This document shows, in pieces, positions 48,935-62,783 of a stretch of 64,000 nucleotides of DNA. Below the pieces are notes generated by a model. The model had not been told where the DNA came from. It worked only from the letters and a program-made list of their open reading frames with translations, and searched no databases. The DNA is from an uncultured Spirochaetota bacterium. GTDB lineage: Bacteria; Spirochaetota; Spirochaetia; SZUA-6; Fen-1364. The stretch spans positions 448,001 through 512,000 of the forward strand of contig CAWGAA010000003.1 of NCBI GenBank assembly GCA_963820525.1, written 5' to 3'. How positions within the stretch are numbered: the first letter of the stretch is position 1; each line of letters starts with the position of its first letter. The position numbers and the translations under genes were made by a program.

Positions 48935-50566
48935 GTGAAGATCGGCCTGGCCCAGATCAATCCGACCATTGGAGACTTCTCCGGAAACGGCGAGAAAGTC
49001 CTGAGATTCGCCAAAAAAGCGCGCGATGCCGGCTGCGCCCTGGTCGTGTTCCCCGAGCTGTGCCTCTGCGGCTATCCCCCCATGGACCTGCTGGAGCACG
49101 ACGCGTTCGTCGAGGAGAACCTCAAGGCCTTGCGGAGGGTGCAGCAGGAGGCGCCGGCCGGCATCGGGATCGTGGTGGGCTACGTGGACAGGAACCGCTC
49201 GCGCTCGGGCAAGGCGCTCCTCAACGCAGCTTCCCTCATTGCCGACGGGGAGATCCTCCATACCCAGGCCAAGACGCTCCTTCCCGCCTACGACGTGTTC
49301 GATGAGGCCCGATGGTTCGAGCCCGCGCAGGAGCGGAGAGCCGTCCCCTTCGAAGGCGAGCGGATCGGCATTGCCATCTGCGAGGATCTCTGGTGGGAGT
49401 CGGAGCCGGCCCCGGGGCTGCGCTACCCCGTGGATCCCGTGGCGGACCTCCTCGACTCCGGGGCCACGCTGATCGTATCTCCCTCGGCCTCCCCCTTTCA
49501 CGCCGAGAAGATGAAGGTGCGCCTGTCGCTTCTCTCGCGGATCGGCAAGAGCTCGGGAGTCCCCGCCGTGTACGTGAACACGGTTGGAGCCAACGACAGC
49601 CTCATATTCGACGGCCGCTCCATGGCCACGTCCGCGGACGGCAAGCTCGTGTATCTGGGCGCTGGATTCGAGGAGGACCTCGGAATCTTCGATACCTGCC
49701 AACCCGCCTCCGAGCTTTCACTCCCCGACGACACCTACGGGGAGATCGAGCGCGCCCTTGTGCTGGGAATCCGCGACTACGCGGCCAAGTGCGGCTTTTC
49801 CCGCGCTCACCTGGGGCTCTCCGGCGGTATAGATTCCGCCCTTGTCGCCGTCCTTGCCGTGGAGGCCTTGGGGCCGCAGAAGGTCGATCTCTTCGGGCTT
49901 CCCTCACGCTACTCTTCCGAGGGAAGCGTGGCGGACGCCAGGCAGCTTGCGGGAAACCTCGGACTGGAGCTGAAGCTCCTTTCCATCGAGGGGATCTTCG
50001 GCTCGTTCCTCGAGACCCTGGCCCCGGTTTTCCACGGAAAACCGCCCGACGTGACCGAGGAAAACATCCAGGCCCGCATCCGCGGAGTCCTGCTCATGGC
50101 GTACTCCAATAAGTTCAGCTCTCTCCTTCTGACAACGGGGAACAAGTCCGAGCTCGCCACGGGATATGCAACCCTCTACGGCGACATGTGCGGAGGCCTC
50201 GCCGTGATAGGGGACCTCCTGAAGACTCAGGTCTACGGTCTGGCGCGCTCGGTCAATGCCCGAAGGCCGCTCATCCCCGAGGCGATCCTCACCAAGGCCC
50301 CCTCGGCCGAGCTCCGCCCGAATCAGAAGGATCAGGACTCGCTTCCGCCGTACGAGACGCTGGACCGGATACTGGAGCTCTTCCTGCTGGAGAATAGAAG
50401 CGCGGAGGAAATAGGCCGTGAGGGCCTGGACGCCGAGCTGGCGCGCTCCGTGATCCGCATGGTGGAAAAAGCGGAATACAAACGGCGGCAGGCTCCGCCG
50501 GTTCTCAAGATCTCCCCGAAGGCTTTCGGGACCGGCCGGCGGATCCCGATCGCGAGGAAGCTTTAG
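48935..50566 (+). CDS. nadE: Glutamine-dependent NAD+ synthetase
   Basis: Nitrilase domain (FPEL, ICEDLW) plus LSGGIDS, ENIQARIRG, TGNKSE and PSAELRP. Confidence 0.96.
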   Translation: MKIGLAQINPTIGDFSGNGEKVLRFAKKARDAGCALVVFPELCLCGYPPMDLLEHDAFVEENLKALRRVQQEAPAGIGIVVGYVDRNRSRSGKALLNAASLIADGEILHTQAKTLLPAYDVFDEARWFEPAQERRAVPFEGERIGIAICEDLWWESEPAPGLRYPVDPVADLLDSGATLIVSPSASPFHAEKMKVRLSLLSRIGKSSGVPAVYVNTVGANDSLIFDGRSMATSADGKLVYLGAGFEEDLGIFDTCQPASELSLPDDTYGEIERALVLGIRDYAAKCGFSRAHLGLSGGIDSALVAVLAVEALGPQKVDLFGLPSRYSSEGSVADARQLAGNLGLELKLLSIEGIFGSFLETLAPVFHGKPPDVTEENIQARIRGVLLMAYSNKFSSLLLTTGNKSELATGYATLYGDMCGGLAVIGDLLKTQVYGLARSVNARRPLIPEAILTKAPSAELRPNQKDQDSLPPYETLDRILELFLLENRSAEEIGREGLDAELARSVIRMVEKAEYKRRQAPPVLKISPKAFGTGRRIPIARKL

Positions 50567-52511
50567 GCGCCCTCTTCCCGCGCGGCTTTGTCTCCCTTCG
50601 GCCGGCAAGCCGCCGCTGGGCTCCGCCGGCCTTGCCGAAGCGCGGAAACTCCTCCAGCAGCCGCAGGGCGAAATCAGCCTCCCGAATCAGCCTTCGGGAG
50701 TCAACGGGGCCGACAACCCCCTCCTGCCACAGGGATGGCTTACCGCACGAAACCCACCGGATGTGCTGGAGGAACGCGGCGCCAAGGGGAGCGCCCCGAC
50801 TGAAACCCATGACCAGGCGTGCCAGCTCGAGGCTCGTCTCCCGTTGATCGGGGTGCCGGCATATCTCACCAAGGGACAAGAGCACATACGCCGCCTCGGC
50901 TCCGGCAAAGAGCAGCCGCTGGCGGTTGAACGAATCGGCGATCCCACCCAACGTGTCGACACTCCGATTCCCGGCCGGCCGGTTCAGGTGCACCCACGGA
51001 GCCAGAACGGAGAGATAGAGCGCCGCATCGACATCTTCCCTTCCAAGCCGGTCTATCTCCACTGCCATCCTCCCGCAGAGGAGCGCGGCACGGGAGTCAG
51101 CATCCCTCTCTTCGCGCCAGCGCGGTGGGCGATCGGGGCCCAAGGGGATCGAAAGAAAATCCGCCGCCAGAGCATCGAGCGCCCTCTTGTACTTGTCACG
51201 CCGCGTCGCCTCGAAGAGACGATGCAGGGGAAAGAGAATCTCGAGCCCCGAAAATCCCGACTCCGCGGGCAGCCGGTCTCCGGGAACATGCAGGGCTCCG
51301 GGCTTGAAAATCTTTTCCTTTTCGTCCAGGAAGAACTCGACGAACCTCACCGCCGCCAGCCGGTACTTTTCAGCCGGCATGCCTCTGGAAGCGAGCGCCT
51401 CTGAAAGGCGCAAAAGCCCATCCGCGATCGCCGAGGATTCCGCGATCGGGACACGGGGAGCCTCATCCGATTTTCGCGCCCGGCGGGCCGCTGGGGACAG
51501 GCAGCCCTTGGCCCCCTTCCACTCCCCCTCCTCGATCGAATACGTCTCAAAAAAAAGCCCCATCGGGTGCTGACCCCTGAGGCAGAAATCAGCCAGACGA
51601 AGTGCCGTCTCTGTCAGCTCGACATCGGAGGGAAAGAGCCGGATCAGGAGCAGCGCAAGGGAGATCCCGGCGGAAGCTGAAAGGCACGGGCTTGAGGGCG
51701 TCTCCCGAAGCCCCATGACGCCGCCGCTTTGATAGAGGTGGGTCCGAAGACAGGCGGCAAGCGCCGCCTTCCATTCCTCCAGATCGATTACCCCTTCGCG
51801 ATCCCCACTCCCGATGCCGAGCCTGGCGCAGGCCGCGCGGATGCCGCGAAGAACGATCTGCTCGCGCTCGGCAAAAACCACGTACAGCATCCGCTTCTTT
51901 TCCAGGCTTCCCGCCGAGGTTATCTCGGATTGCGCGGCATTGCGCGCATGCTCCCGCCTTTGTCCGGCTGCCGCCGGCCCAGCGAGAGCCGACTCCATGG
52001 GCGGTATCCTCACTTCCACCACAAGCGTGTCACCATCCTCACCCCTGCTGCGCCGCGCGCCGATGCTGGCAGAATCGCTTTCGTCCCCGGGCAGGCCGCT
52101 GAAAAGGAGGATGCCGCACGCCCCCGTGAAGAGGGCGAGCGCGGAAGGCAGTGACATCCTGTCGCCCGGCATGGCGCACGGCTCGGATGGCAAATCGGAA
52201 AGCAGCGCCGAACCGGGAAAGAGGCATGATTGCCGGTCATCCGAGACCGGGAAATCAGCCTCGAAGGAGAGCCGGAAGGCGCCGGGAGTCATGATGGACC
52301 AGCTGCGCTCGATCGTGAGCCCGAGTGGATCTTCCGATATCCGGTCGATGATGGTCGCAAAGAGAAAGAACGCCCGCGCCTCATCCCCGTCGAGCACAAT
52401 GCTCTCCGGCTCCCTTTCATGGCCGTTCCAGAAGATATGATACGAAAGCAGGAGGGTTCCCCCGTGAGACGCGATTTCAATCGTGCGGGAGCTTCGTTGC
52501 GTGATCTTCAA
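50505..52511 (-). CDS. Hypothetical protein (668 aa)
   Basis: Long ORF filling the region; 3' end overlaps nadE by 62 bp; no clear family. Confidence 0.7.
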   Translation of the reverse strand: MKITQRSSRTIEIASHGGTLLLSYHIFWNGHEREPESIVLDGDEARAFFLFATIIDRISEDPLGLTIERSWSIMTPGAFRLSFEADFPVSDDRQSCLFPGSALLSDLPSEPCAMPGDRMSLPSALALFTGACGILLFSGLPGDESDSASIGARRSRGEDGDTLVVEVRIPPMESALAGPAAAGQRREHARNAAQSEITSAGSLEKKRMLYVVFAEREQIVLRGIRAACARLGIGSGDREGVIDLEEWKAALAACLRTHLYQSGGVMGLRETPSSPCLSASAGISLALLLIRLFPSDVELTETALRLADFCLRGQHPMGLFFETYSIEEGEWKGAKGCLSPAARRARKSDEAPRVPIAESSAIADGLLRLSEALASRGMPAEKYRLAAVRFVEFFLDEKEKIFKPGALHVPGDRLPAESGFSGLEILFPLHRLFEATRRDKYKRALDALAADFLSIPLGPDRPPRWREERDADSRAALLCGRMAVEIDRLGREDVDAALYLSVLAPWVHLNRPAGNRSVDTLGGIADSFNRQRLLFAGAEAAYVLLSLGEICRHPDQRETSLELARLVMGFSRGAPLGAAFLQHIRWVSCGKPSLWQEGVVGPVDSRRLIREADFALRLLEEFPRFGKAGGAQRRLAGRRETKPRGKRAPKASSRSGSAGRSRKPSGRS

Positions 52512-52656
52512 GGCCGTGTACCGTCGGCGCCATCATAGTCGAGAGGGCCGACGTTAGCAATCGCGCGCGCCTGAGATCTCGCGGCGGCTCTTCGCTCTCC
52601 GGTGACGCCGAGCACCCACCGTGGGGTTGAATGGGCACACCCAATGGAGCACATCA

Positions 52657-53236
52657 TTGAGACACCATCGAATCATCCTTGCCGCAGCTGTACTTTTGGC
52701 AATCTCCATCTCAGAGTCGTGGGCGGCGGTCGCCGAGGAGGGCCGGGCTGAAGCGCTCTCGCCGGTAAAGTCGATTTTCTCCTTTGACGCCGGGTACATC
52801 TCCGACGGAGGATCCGCCAACGGCACCGCTGCCGCCTTCAGAACCGCGACCTTCTTCGGAGGCTCCGATTTCTATTGGGGATTCGCTTCGATGTTCGGAT
52901 CTTTCATCACGACCGGCCAGGCGATCTTCGAATCGGGAGCCGTCTTCGGATACTTCGCCTGCAAGCGTGAGCCTCTTTGTCACGGGCGGCCGCGTTGACA
53001 CGACGACGATGCTCTTCCGGGGGGACGCCCCCGCAGTCCAGCCTTCTCTCGGAATCAGCTTCCCCCAGTCCAGCGATATCGGAGTCCGGCTGAGCTTCGC
53101 CCCGGTGATACGCCCGTACGACCTTCAATCGGGGAAATGGGATTTCTCGCGCAGTTATCTCGTTTTTTCACTCTCCCTCGAATCGAGAAGCTATTCCAAG
53201 GTATCACCCCGCCGCTGGGCTGAGAGAAACAATTGA
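52657..53236 (+). pseudogene. Exported beta-strand-rich protein, frameshifted near 52955
   Basis: Signal peptide and beta strands in one frame (to ..AVFGY) continue as ASVSLFVTGG.. in another frame. Confidence 0.55.
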
Positions 53237-53261
53237 GGCGTCACAGGCGACAGGCGCCCTT

Positions 53262-54158
53262 TCAGCCCGAGGATTCATGCAGGAGGTACCTGCCCTCGAT
53301 ACGCACCGTGGCGGCGCCGCCGAAATAGATTCGCGGGATGCCCTCCTCCTGCAGACAGCGAAGGCGCACCCTATTGGGGTTCTGCCGCGAGGGACCCTGC
53401 TCCAGGCACAGGGGACCATTCCAAAGACCCTGCCTGAGAAGATAATAGCCGAAGGCCGCATTGCCGGATCCGGTGGCCGGATCTTCCAGGTACCCGAACG
53501 CAGGAGCGAAGACCCGAGCCCGCCAGGCGCAGTCCGCCCGCGCGGTTTCCTTCGAGCTCACGTGGATGATATCGATTCCGTTGGCAAGAGAGAAACTTCG
53601 AAGCTCTTCCTGTCGGGGCGAAAGCGCCAGGCATGTCTCCAGGCCTTTCACGGGGACGATGAGAGTGCGGAGCCCTCCATCGATCAGAGCGCACGGCAAG
53701 GTATCTTCACGATCCTTTCTCTCCAATCCCAGGCTCGCGCGGATCGCATCTTCCCCGACGGGAAGCTCCAGATACCGGGCCGCGGGGGCCTGGATATAGA
53801 CGGCGTCCTCCGCTTCGATGAAGTTCAATGCCTTCAAGGCGCCGGCACGAACGAAAAAAGTGAGCGCTTCCCGCTTTCCCAGCTCGGGGTCCTGCTTCAG
53901 CAGATCGTAGAGGATGGCGACGCTCGCGTGGCCGCAGAAAGCCACTTCCCGCTCCGAAGAGAAGTAACGGATGCGCCACGAATCCCCCTCTCGGACCGTG
54001 AATCCTACCTCGCTGACAAAGCCTTTCAGCTCCGAGGCGATGCGCTGCATCTCCGCCTCGGCGAGCTCCGCACCCGTCATGTCGATGTAGCCGGCAGGGT
54101 TGCCGGCCGCCTCGCCCTGGGCGAATGCGTCGAGCTTCTTGAACGGCAAAGACTTCAT
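53262..54158 (-). CDS. PhzF-family isomerase/epimerase
   Basis: DAF..GNPAG, EVAFCGHAS and EDPATGSGN. Confidence 0.93.
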   Translation of the reverse strand: MKSLPFKKLDAFAQGEAAGNPAGYIDMTGAELAEAEMQRIASELKGFVSEVGFTVREGDSWRIRYFSSEREVAFCGHASVAILYDLLKQDPELGKREALTFFVRAGALKALNFIEAEDAVYIQAPAARYLELPVGEDAIRASLGLERKDREDTLPCALIDGGLRTLIVPVKGLETCLALSPRQEELRSFSLANGIDIIHVSSKETARADCAWRARVFAPAFGYLEDPATGSGNAAFGYYLLRQGLWNGPLCLEQGPSRQNPNRVRLRCLQEEGIPRIYFGGAATVRIEGRYLLHESSG

Positions 54159-54237
54159 ATCGTAGTCTCCATCTTCCCGTGGGAGCGTGATTGTATTAAA
54201 ACAATCTCACGAAGGCAAGGAGAAAGGAGCCCGCGCA

Positions 54238-55641
54238 ATGGGGCAGATCAAGGATATCGGCGAGCTTCTTCGTGCTCAGGCCCGGGATGATTCCCTCTTC
54301 GAGCAGGCAAAGGAATGCGCGCTCAGCTACATGCGATCGATCGGAGATCGGCCGGTCTATCCCACGGAGGAAGCCCTCAAGGGGCTTTCATCCCTGGAGG
54401 GGGAACTGCCGCAAGATCCGACAGACGCCGGACAGATCCTCGAGATATTGCATCGGACGGGATCTCCCGCCACCGTGGCTCAGACCGGCGGCAGGTATTT
54501 CGGGTTTGTAAACGGCGGAATCATTGCCGCCGCACTCGCCGCCAAGTGGCTCGCCGATGCCTGGGACCAGAACGCGGCCCTGTACGTCATCTCGCCGGCC
54601 GTCTCGGTCCTGGAGAGCGTGTGCGAAGGGTGGCTGACGGATCTCCTCGGCCTGCCGCCGGGCACGGCCGCGGGATTTGTCAGCGGAACTTCCACGGCGA
54701 CGCTCTGCGGTCTTGCGGCGGGCAGGGACGAGCTTTTGAGGCGGCGGGGGTGGGACGCTGGCGCGCGGGGCCTCTTCGGCGCTCCCGAAATCCAGGTTGT
54801 CATTGGAGCCCAGGCCCATTCGACGGTGTACAAGGCCCTCTCGCTATTGGGGCTGGGCAGGGAGCGGATCACGGTGGTCCCGGCGGACGGCCAGGGCAGG
54901 ATCATGCCGGACGGAATGCCGAAGCTGGACGATCGGACGCTGCTCGTCCTTCAGGCAGGCAATGTCAATTCGGGCGCCTTTGACCCATTCGCCAAGATAT
55001 GTCAAAGCGCCCGCACGTCGGGGACCTGGGTGCACGTGGACGGCGCCTTCGGCCTGTGGGCCGCCGCATCTGAAAAACGCAGGCACCTCACGGAGGGCAT
55101 GCACCTGGCCGATTCATGGTCCGCGGACGCGCACAAGACCCTGAACGCGCCGTACGACAACGGAATCGTGTTCTGCAGGGACCGGGAAACGATTACCCGG
55201 GCCATGCACATGAGCGGCTCCTACATCGCATACAGCGAGAATCGGGACGGGATGCGCTATACTCCCGACATGTCGCGGCGGGGGCGGGCCGTGGAGCTGT
55301 GGGCCACGCTCATGGCGCTTGGCCGCGGGGGCGTGGCGGCGCTCGTGGATGAGCTGTGCGACAAGGCCGCGCTTTTCGCCGAAGGGCTCCGGAGGGAAGG
55401 CTTCACCATCCGCAACGAGGTCTGCTTCAACCAGGTGCTCGTATCCTGCGATTCGCCGCGGATCACCAGCGCAACCCTGGCCAACATCCAGGGCTCCGGT
55501 GTATGCTGGTGCGGCGGGGCCGTATGGGAGGGTGAGCCTGTCATCAGGATCAGCGTCTGCTCCTACGTGACCAGCCGACAAGACATCGAGCGTTCCATCA
55601 AGGCCTTCGTGAAGGCCCGGGAGAAGGCCCGCGCCGGCTGA
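54238..55641 (+). CDS. Group II PLP-dependent amino acid decarboxylase
   Basis: RYFGFV, HVDGAFG and DSWSADAHK(PLP)TLN; ATG 54238 with AAGGAG RBS. Confidence 0.92.
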   Translation: MGQIKDIGELLRAQARDDSLFEQAKECALSYMRSIGDRPVYPTEEALKGLSSLEGELPQDPTDAGQILEILHRTGSPATVAQTGGRYFGFVNGGIIAAALAAKWLADAWDQNAALYVISPAVSVLESVCEGWLTDLLGLPPGTAAGFVSGTSTATLCGLAAGRDELLRRRGWDAGARGLFGAPEIQVVIGAQAHSTVYKALSLLGLGRERITVVPADGQGRIMPDGMPKLDDRTLLVLQAGNVNSGAFDPFAKICQSARTSGTWVHVDGAFGLWAAASEKRRHLTEGMHLADSWSADAHKTLNAPYDNGIVFCRDRETITRAMHMSGSYIAYSENRDGMRYTPDMSRRGRAVELWATLMALGRGGVAALVDELCDKAALFAEGLRREGFTIRNEVCFNQVLVSCDSPRITSATLANIQGSGVCWCGGAVWEGEPVIRISVCSYVTSRQDIERSIKAFVKAREKARAG

Positions 55642-55683
55642 TCGCTCAAGTGAGTTCACGGGAAGCGTCGGTCCTCATTCGAG

Positions 55684-56010
55684 GTGACGTCGGCTCCGCC
55701 CGCCGGGGTTACAATCAACTCCCTCTTCAATCAGGAGGCGGGCCGCCAGACTCTCTGGGGACCGTTCGCCGGGCTGGGTGCCACCGCCGCATGGGAAGGC
55801 TGGAACGGCGGCGCCTCTGTGTCCGTCCTTACGGGAGGCCCCGCGGCGGAGGCGGGCTGCCGGCTCGTGTTCGGTGACCATGGATTGTTCCTGGAGCCCT
55901 ACCTCGGATGGATGGCGTTCTTCGGAGCCCGGATGGAGAGCGGCACATCGCTCGCCTTCTCCTTCGCCAACGGCATGTTCGGCGGCCTTTCCCTCGGATA
56001 CAGATTCTAA
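55684..56010 (+). pseudogene. C-terminal fragment of an outer-membrane beta-barrel-like protein
   Basis: Amphipathic strands ending GLSLGYRF; no signal peptide or convincing start. Confidence 0.45.
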
Positions 56011-56065
56011 AGCCGAAGCGGCCGCTTACGGGCTGATCTCGAAGTCCGTGCCGCGGGGCGCATTC

Positions 56066-56395
56066 TCAGCCGCGCCGAGCCGGCGATCCACGCAGAAGAC
56101 GGGTATCCCGGATCGCCTGATCGATGAGCCGGCCCTGGACGTCACGGTCGTCGTCATGGCCCGCTACCCGGGCGTCGTAGCCCAGCCGCTGTGCCTCGGC
56201 CTTCGCGCTTTGCGCCATGGCGGAATAAAACGGGTTATCCAGCGAAACGGCGATAATGGCCATGAGCTTCCTGCCGGCCCCTGCCTGCTCGTTTTGGCCG
56301 TTGGCCGAAAGCCGGAAAGCTGCAAAAAAAAATACCGCCATTGCTAATAGGAGAATCCGGCGGCGCGGGCCGGGTGTCACGCGTTTTCCGGCCAT
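56066..56395 (-). pseudogene. Truncated ribose-type (RbsB-like) sugar-binding protein
   Basis: Signal peptide, then SLDNPFYSAMAQSAKAEAQRLGY..HDDDRDVQ..IDQAI; similarity stops at about one third of normal length. Confidence 0.75.
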
Positions 56396-56859
56396 GCCCC
56401 CAGCATCCTCCTCACCTCGACGAGCTGGCCGAGGTGATAGGAGTTGTGATCGATGACGAGCAGCGCCTCGCGCAGGAGGTTCTGGCCGTCGCCGTGCGGG
56501 AAGGGGGCGAACATGTCGTTCCTGGAGTCCTGGACCAGGCCGATCATCGCTTTCAGGTCCGCTCTGAACTTGGCGAGCGTTTCCCCCCACAGGGCGGCCG
56601 ATTTGGGCCTGGCCTCGGCAGGCCAATACTCCGCCGGCCATGCCGGGGATTTGTGCGATGGGTCCCTGCTGAACTCCAGGATGTCCCACTGCGCTATCCA
56701 CAAATGGTAGACGATCTGCCAGGCCGTGTGAGGCAGATTCTCGATCCGCTTCCCGATGAGCTCGACGGGAAACCCGCTTACCACGTTGTCGAAGCTGATG
56801 TGCGCTCCATGACCCTTCATATGTTTAATGAGCTGCTCGCGAAGAATTGCATCGCTCAT
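56377..56859 (-). CDS. DinB family protein
   Basis: AH, HTAWQIVYHLWIAQWDIL and LLREALLVIDHNSYHLGQ. Confidence 0.88.
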   Translation of the reverse strand: MSDAILREQLIKHMKGHGAHISFDNVVSGFPVELIGKRIENLPHTAWQIVYHLWIAQWDILEFSRDPSHKSPAWPAEYWPAEARPKSAALWGETLAKFRADLKAMIGLVQDSRNDMFAPFPHGDGQNLLREALLVIDHNSYHLGQLVEVRRMLGAWPENA

Positions 56860-57091
56860 AGAAAGAATGTACTGCCGGAAAGCCTCCGGCGTGGAAATCG
56901 ACCCCCTGGCCTCTTCCTCTCCCTGCACGCGGCCGTGAAGTTCGTTCTCCTGTTCGCCATCGGAACGAGCGTGACCTTTCTCATCGGCGAGCTGGTGATG
57001 AAACGGATACCGCTCACCCGGCGCGTTTTCTACGATGTCAAAGGAAAAGGGGTGAGCTCCATAGCTGCGGCTGACGCGGCGCCGCCCGCAA

Positions 57092-58414
57092 TCACCGGCG
57101 CAGCGGCCTTTCGTTCGCGGCAAGCTGGGAAAGCTTCTGGGCCGAACGGATCACGTCGAGCCTTCCGCTCTCCCGCAGCAGCGCCTCGGGCGCCTGCGTA
57201 TGGGAGTTGTAGTTGAACGGCGACATGCTTGCGCAGTACGCGCCGCACCCGCCCACAACCAGAAGGTCGCCCACCTGGGGCCTGGCCATGAGACGGGGCA
57301 CGATACGCCCTTCAGCGTCGAGGCTCTGGGAATCCCCGCTCTCGCAGCAGCGGCCCACCACAATCCGAAGGTGCCCCTCGGGGTCCAGCCCGCCCAGGTC
57401 GAACTCGGATGACAGAAGCTCGCCGCCTCGGGAAACCACGAAGAACGGATGCCGCGAGCCGTACAAAAGCGGCCGTGTGTTGGTCTCCATGCCGCCGTCG
57501 CAGACCAGAAACTCGAAGCCATCCGGCCCCGTGCGCTTGATGTCGATCACGCTCGTGACCAGGTATCCCGCGTTGGCCGTCACGAAGGTTCCCGGCTCCA
57601 CCTCCATGACGAGCTTCCTGCCCGTGCGGCCATGGAACTCCGCGATCCTGTCCCGTGCGTATTCCCCCAGCGCTTTCACATCTGCCTGCGTCTCGTCGGG
57701 CATCCGGGCTACCCGAAGGCCGCCGCCGAAGCTCACCCGCACGGCATCCGGGAAGGAGCGCTCTACGAAGCCAAGCTCCCTGTCCACGTTCTCCCGCCAC
57801 TTGGCCGGGTCCCCGCCGGAGCCGATGTGCACGTGCACGCAGTCGATCTTCACGCCCTTCTCCCGCGCAAGGGCGAGCGCCGCCTCAAGGTCGGAGAGGT
57901 GAACGCCGAAACAGGAGTACTTGTCCCCCGTGTTTCGCGTGGACGACTCTCCCGAGCCGACGCCGGGGTGCACGCGCAGGGAAAGGCCGATCCGCTTGGC
58001 CGCCGCGAAATCGGCCGCGAGCATGAGCTGGCGAAGCGAGCAGACGTTGTACTTCATTCCCTGGAGCATCAGGCGCTCAAGCTCCGCCCGATCGCCTCCC
58101 CGGGGCACCTCCTGGGTCGTGAGCATGATCTTTGCGGACGCAATACCTGCGGCGCGGGCGCGGCGCGCCTCGCTGAGGGAGCTTGCGTCGATGCCGAAGC
58201 CCTCCGAGGCGACGATCTGCAGGATGGCTTTGGACGAGTTGGCCTTCATTGCGAAGCGCGGCTCCACGCCGAAGGCGGCCGGCATCGAAGCAACCTCGCG
58301 GCAGCGCTCGCGGATGGCGCGCTCATCGTAGAGGTAAAGCGGGGTGCCCAGGGCGCGCGCCGCCCGCGCCGCATCGGCGGACGTCACGTACCCCTTTGCC
58401 AAGGCTTTCGGCAT
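57092..58414 (-). CDS. lysA: Diaminopimelate decarboxylase
   Basis: TPLYLYDE, FAMKAN, HVHIGSG, EPG, GRCCESGD and GAY..SM..NYNS; downstream of ddh. Confidence 0.93.
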   Translation of the reverse strand: MPKALAKGYVTSADAARAARALGTPLYLYDERAIRERCREVASMPAAFGVEPRFAMKANSSKAILQIVASEGFGIDASSLSEARRARAAGIASAKIMLTTQEVPRGGDRAELERLMLQGMKYNVCSLRQLMLAADFAAAKRIGLSLRVHPGVGSGESSTRNTGDKYSCFGVHLSDLEAALALAREKGVKIDCVHVHIGSGGDPAKWRENVDRELGFVERSFPDAVRVSFGGGLRVARMPDETQADVKALGEYARDRIAEFHGRTGRKLVMEVEPGTFVTANAGYLVTSVIDIKRTGPDGFEFLVCDGGMETNTRPLLYGSRHPFFVVSRGGELLSSEFDLGGLDPEGHLRIVVGRCCESGDSQSLDAEGRIVPRLMARPQVGDLLVVGGCGAYCASMSPFNYNSHTQAPEALLRESGRLDVIRSAQKLSQLAANERPLRR

Positions 58415-58425
58415 GCGGCTGCCTC

Positions 58426-59412
58426 CTACATGTACTTCTCGCGAAGCTCCTCGCGGCTTCTGGGGCTCAGGTACGCGGCCGGGATGTCGAGGATTGTGAA
58501 CGCGCCGGCCTTTCGCTCCTTCTTCAGCCTGAAAGCGGCCCGCGCGTGGGCGAGCAGGATATTGCCCGTAGCCTCGGGGTTGCTTCCCCACTCGCAGCGG
58601 TATTCGGTCAGGGCCTTGTTGCCGCCGCCGGTCTTTCCCGTTGCCAGAACGAAGCCGGCGTGCGGGTAGGCGGCGTGATCCCGCTTCATCTCCTCCGCGG
58701 AGATGAAGACCACCTCCGTGTCGTAATCCGCATAGTAGTTGGGCATCCGCTTGATCTCATCCGAGATCCGCGTCTTGTCGGCCCCATCCTCCGCGACGAC
58801 GTAGACGAGCCGCGTGTGCTTCTCGCGGACCGAAAGCACGGGGCTCTGGCCGGAGCGCACCCGCTCCAGGGCAGCCGGGATCGGGATCGTATACTGCCGG
58901 GCGTCTTTCACGCCGGGTACGTGGCGCGCCGCATCGGAGTGGCCCTGGCTCACTCCCCTGCCCCAAAAGGTGTAGTGGGAAGCGGCCGGGATGAAAGCAT
59001 CCGCGAGGACCCGCTCCAGGGAGAATATGCCCGGGTCCCAACCGGTGGAGATCACGCACACATTCCCAGCCCGGCGGCCGATATCATCCATCTTCTTGAA
59101 GTAGGCGGGGATATCGTGGTGGGTATCGAAGCTGTCAACCGTGGAGAAAAACCGGGCATAGAAAGGGCCCTGCTCCGGCAGGTCCACGGCGGACCCGCCG
59201 CACAGGACGGCAACGTCGGCCTTGAGCTTCCCCTTCCAGGCCTTCTCCTCGGCCGCAAAAACCTCGGCCTCCTGCGCCTCCCTCTTCACCCTCGCGGGAT
59301 CGCGGGAGATGATCCCGGCCAGAACCGTGTCCGGGTTGTTCTTGATGGACCACAGAACGCCGCGCCCCACGTTGCCGAACCCGACGATAGCCACCCTGAT
59401 TCTCTCCGCCAT
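58426..59412 (-). CDS. ddh: meso-Diaminopimelate dehydrogenase
   Basis: GFGNVG, CGGSAVDLP, DSFDTH, GWDPG, TFWGRGVSQGHSDA, QYT and SNPEAT. Confidence 0.95.
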   Translation of the reverse strand: MAERIRVAIVGFGNVGRGVLWSIKNNPDTVLAGIISRDPARVKREAQEAEVFAAEEKAWKGKLKADVAVLCGGSAVDLPEQGPFYARFFSTVDSFDTHHDIPAYFKKMDDIGRRAGNVCVISTGWDPGIFSLERVLADAFIPAASHYTFWGRGVSQGHSDAARHVPGVKDARQYTIPIPAALERVRSGQSPVLSVREKHTRLVYVVAEDGADKTRISDEIKRMPNYYADYDTEVVFISAEEMKRDHAAYPHAGFVLATGKTGGGNKALTEYRCEWGSNPEATGNILLAHARAAFRLKKERKAGAFTILDIPAAYLSPRSREELREKYM

Positions 59413-59554
59413 GAGATTGCCCCTTTCAAAAATGAAGTGGTCACATGGTAGGCGCATGGCGCCCGGCAGTGTCAAGATACCCCGGGCCGCACGGTAGCGG
59501 GCTTCCGCGAAAAATGGTATGAAGAACCACACCCCTTCCTTCGAGGAGAGCCAC

Positions 59555-62767
<3,213 letters not shown>

Positions 62768-62783
62768 GACAAGGAGGGGGATA

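Noticed and set aside
59413..59554. Lysine riboswitch upstream of ddh-lysA
   Set aside because: The interval is only ~140 bp, is shared with the carB promoter and shows no recognisable L-box structure.
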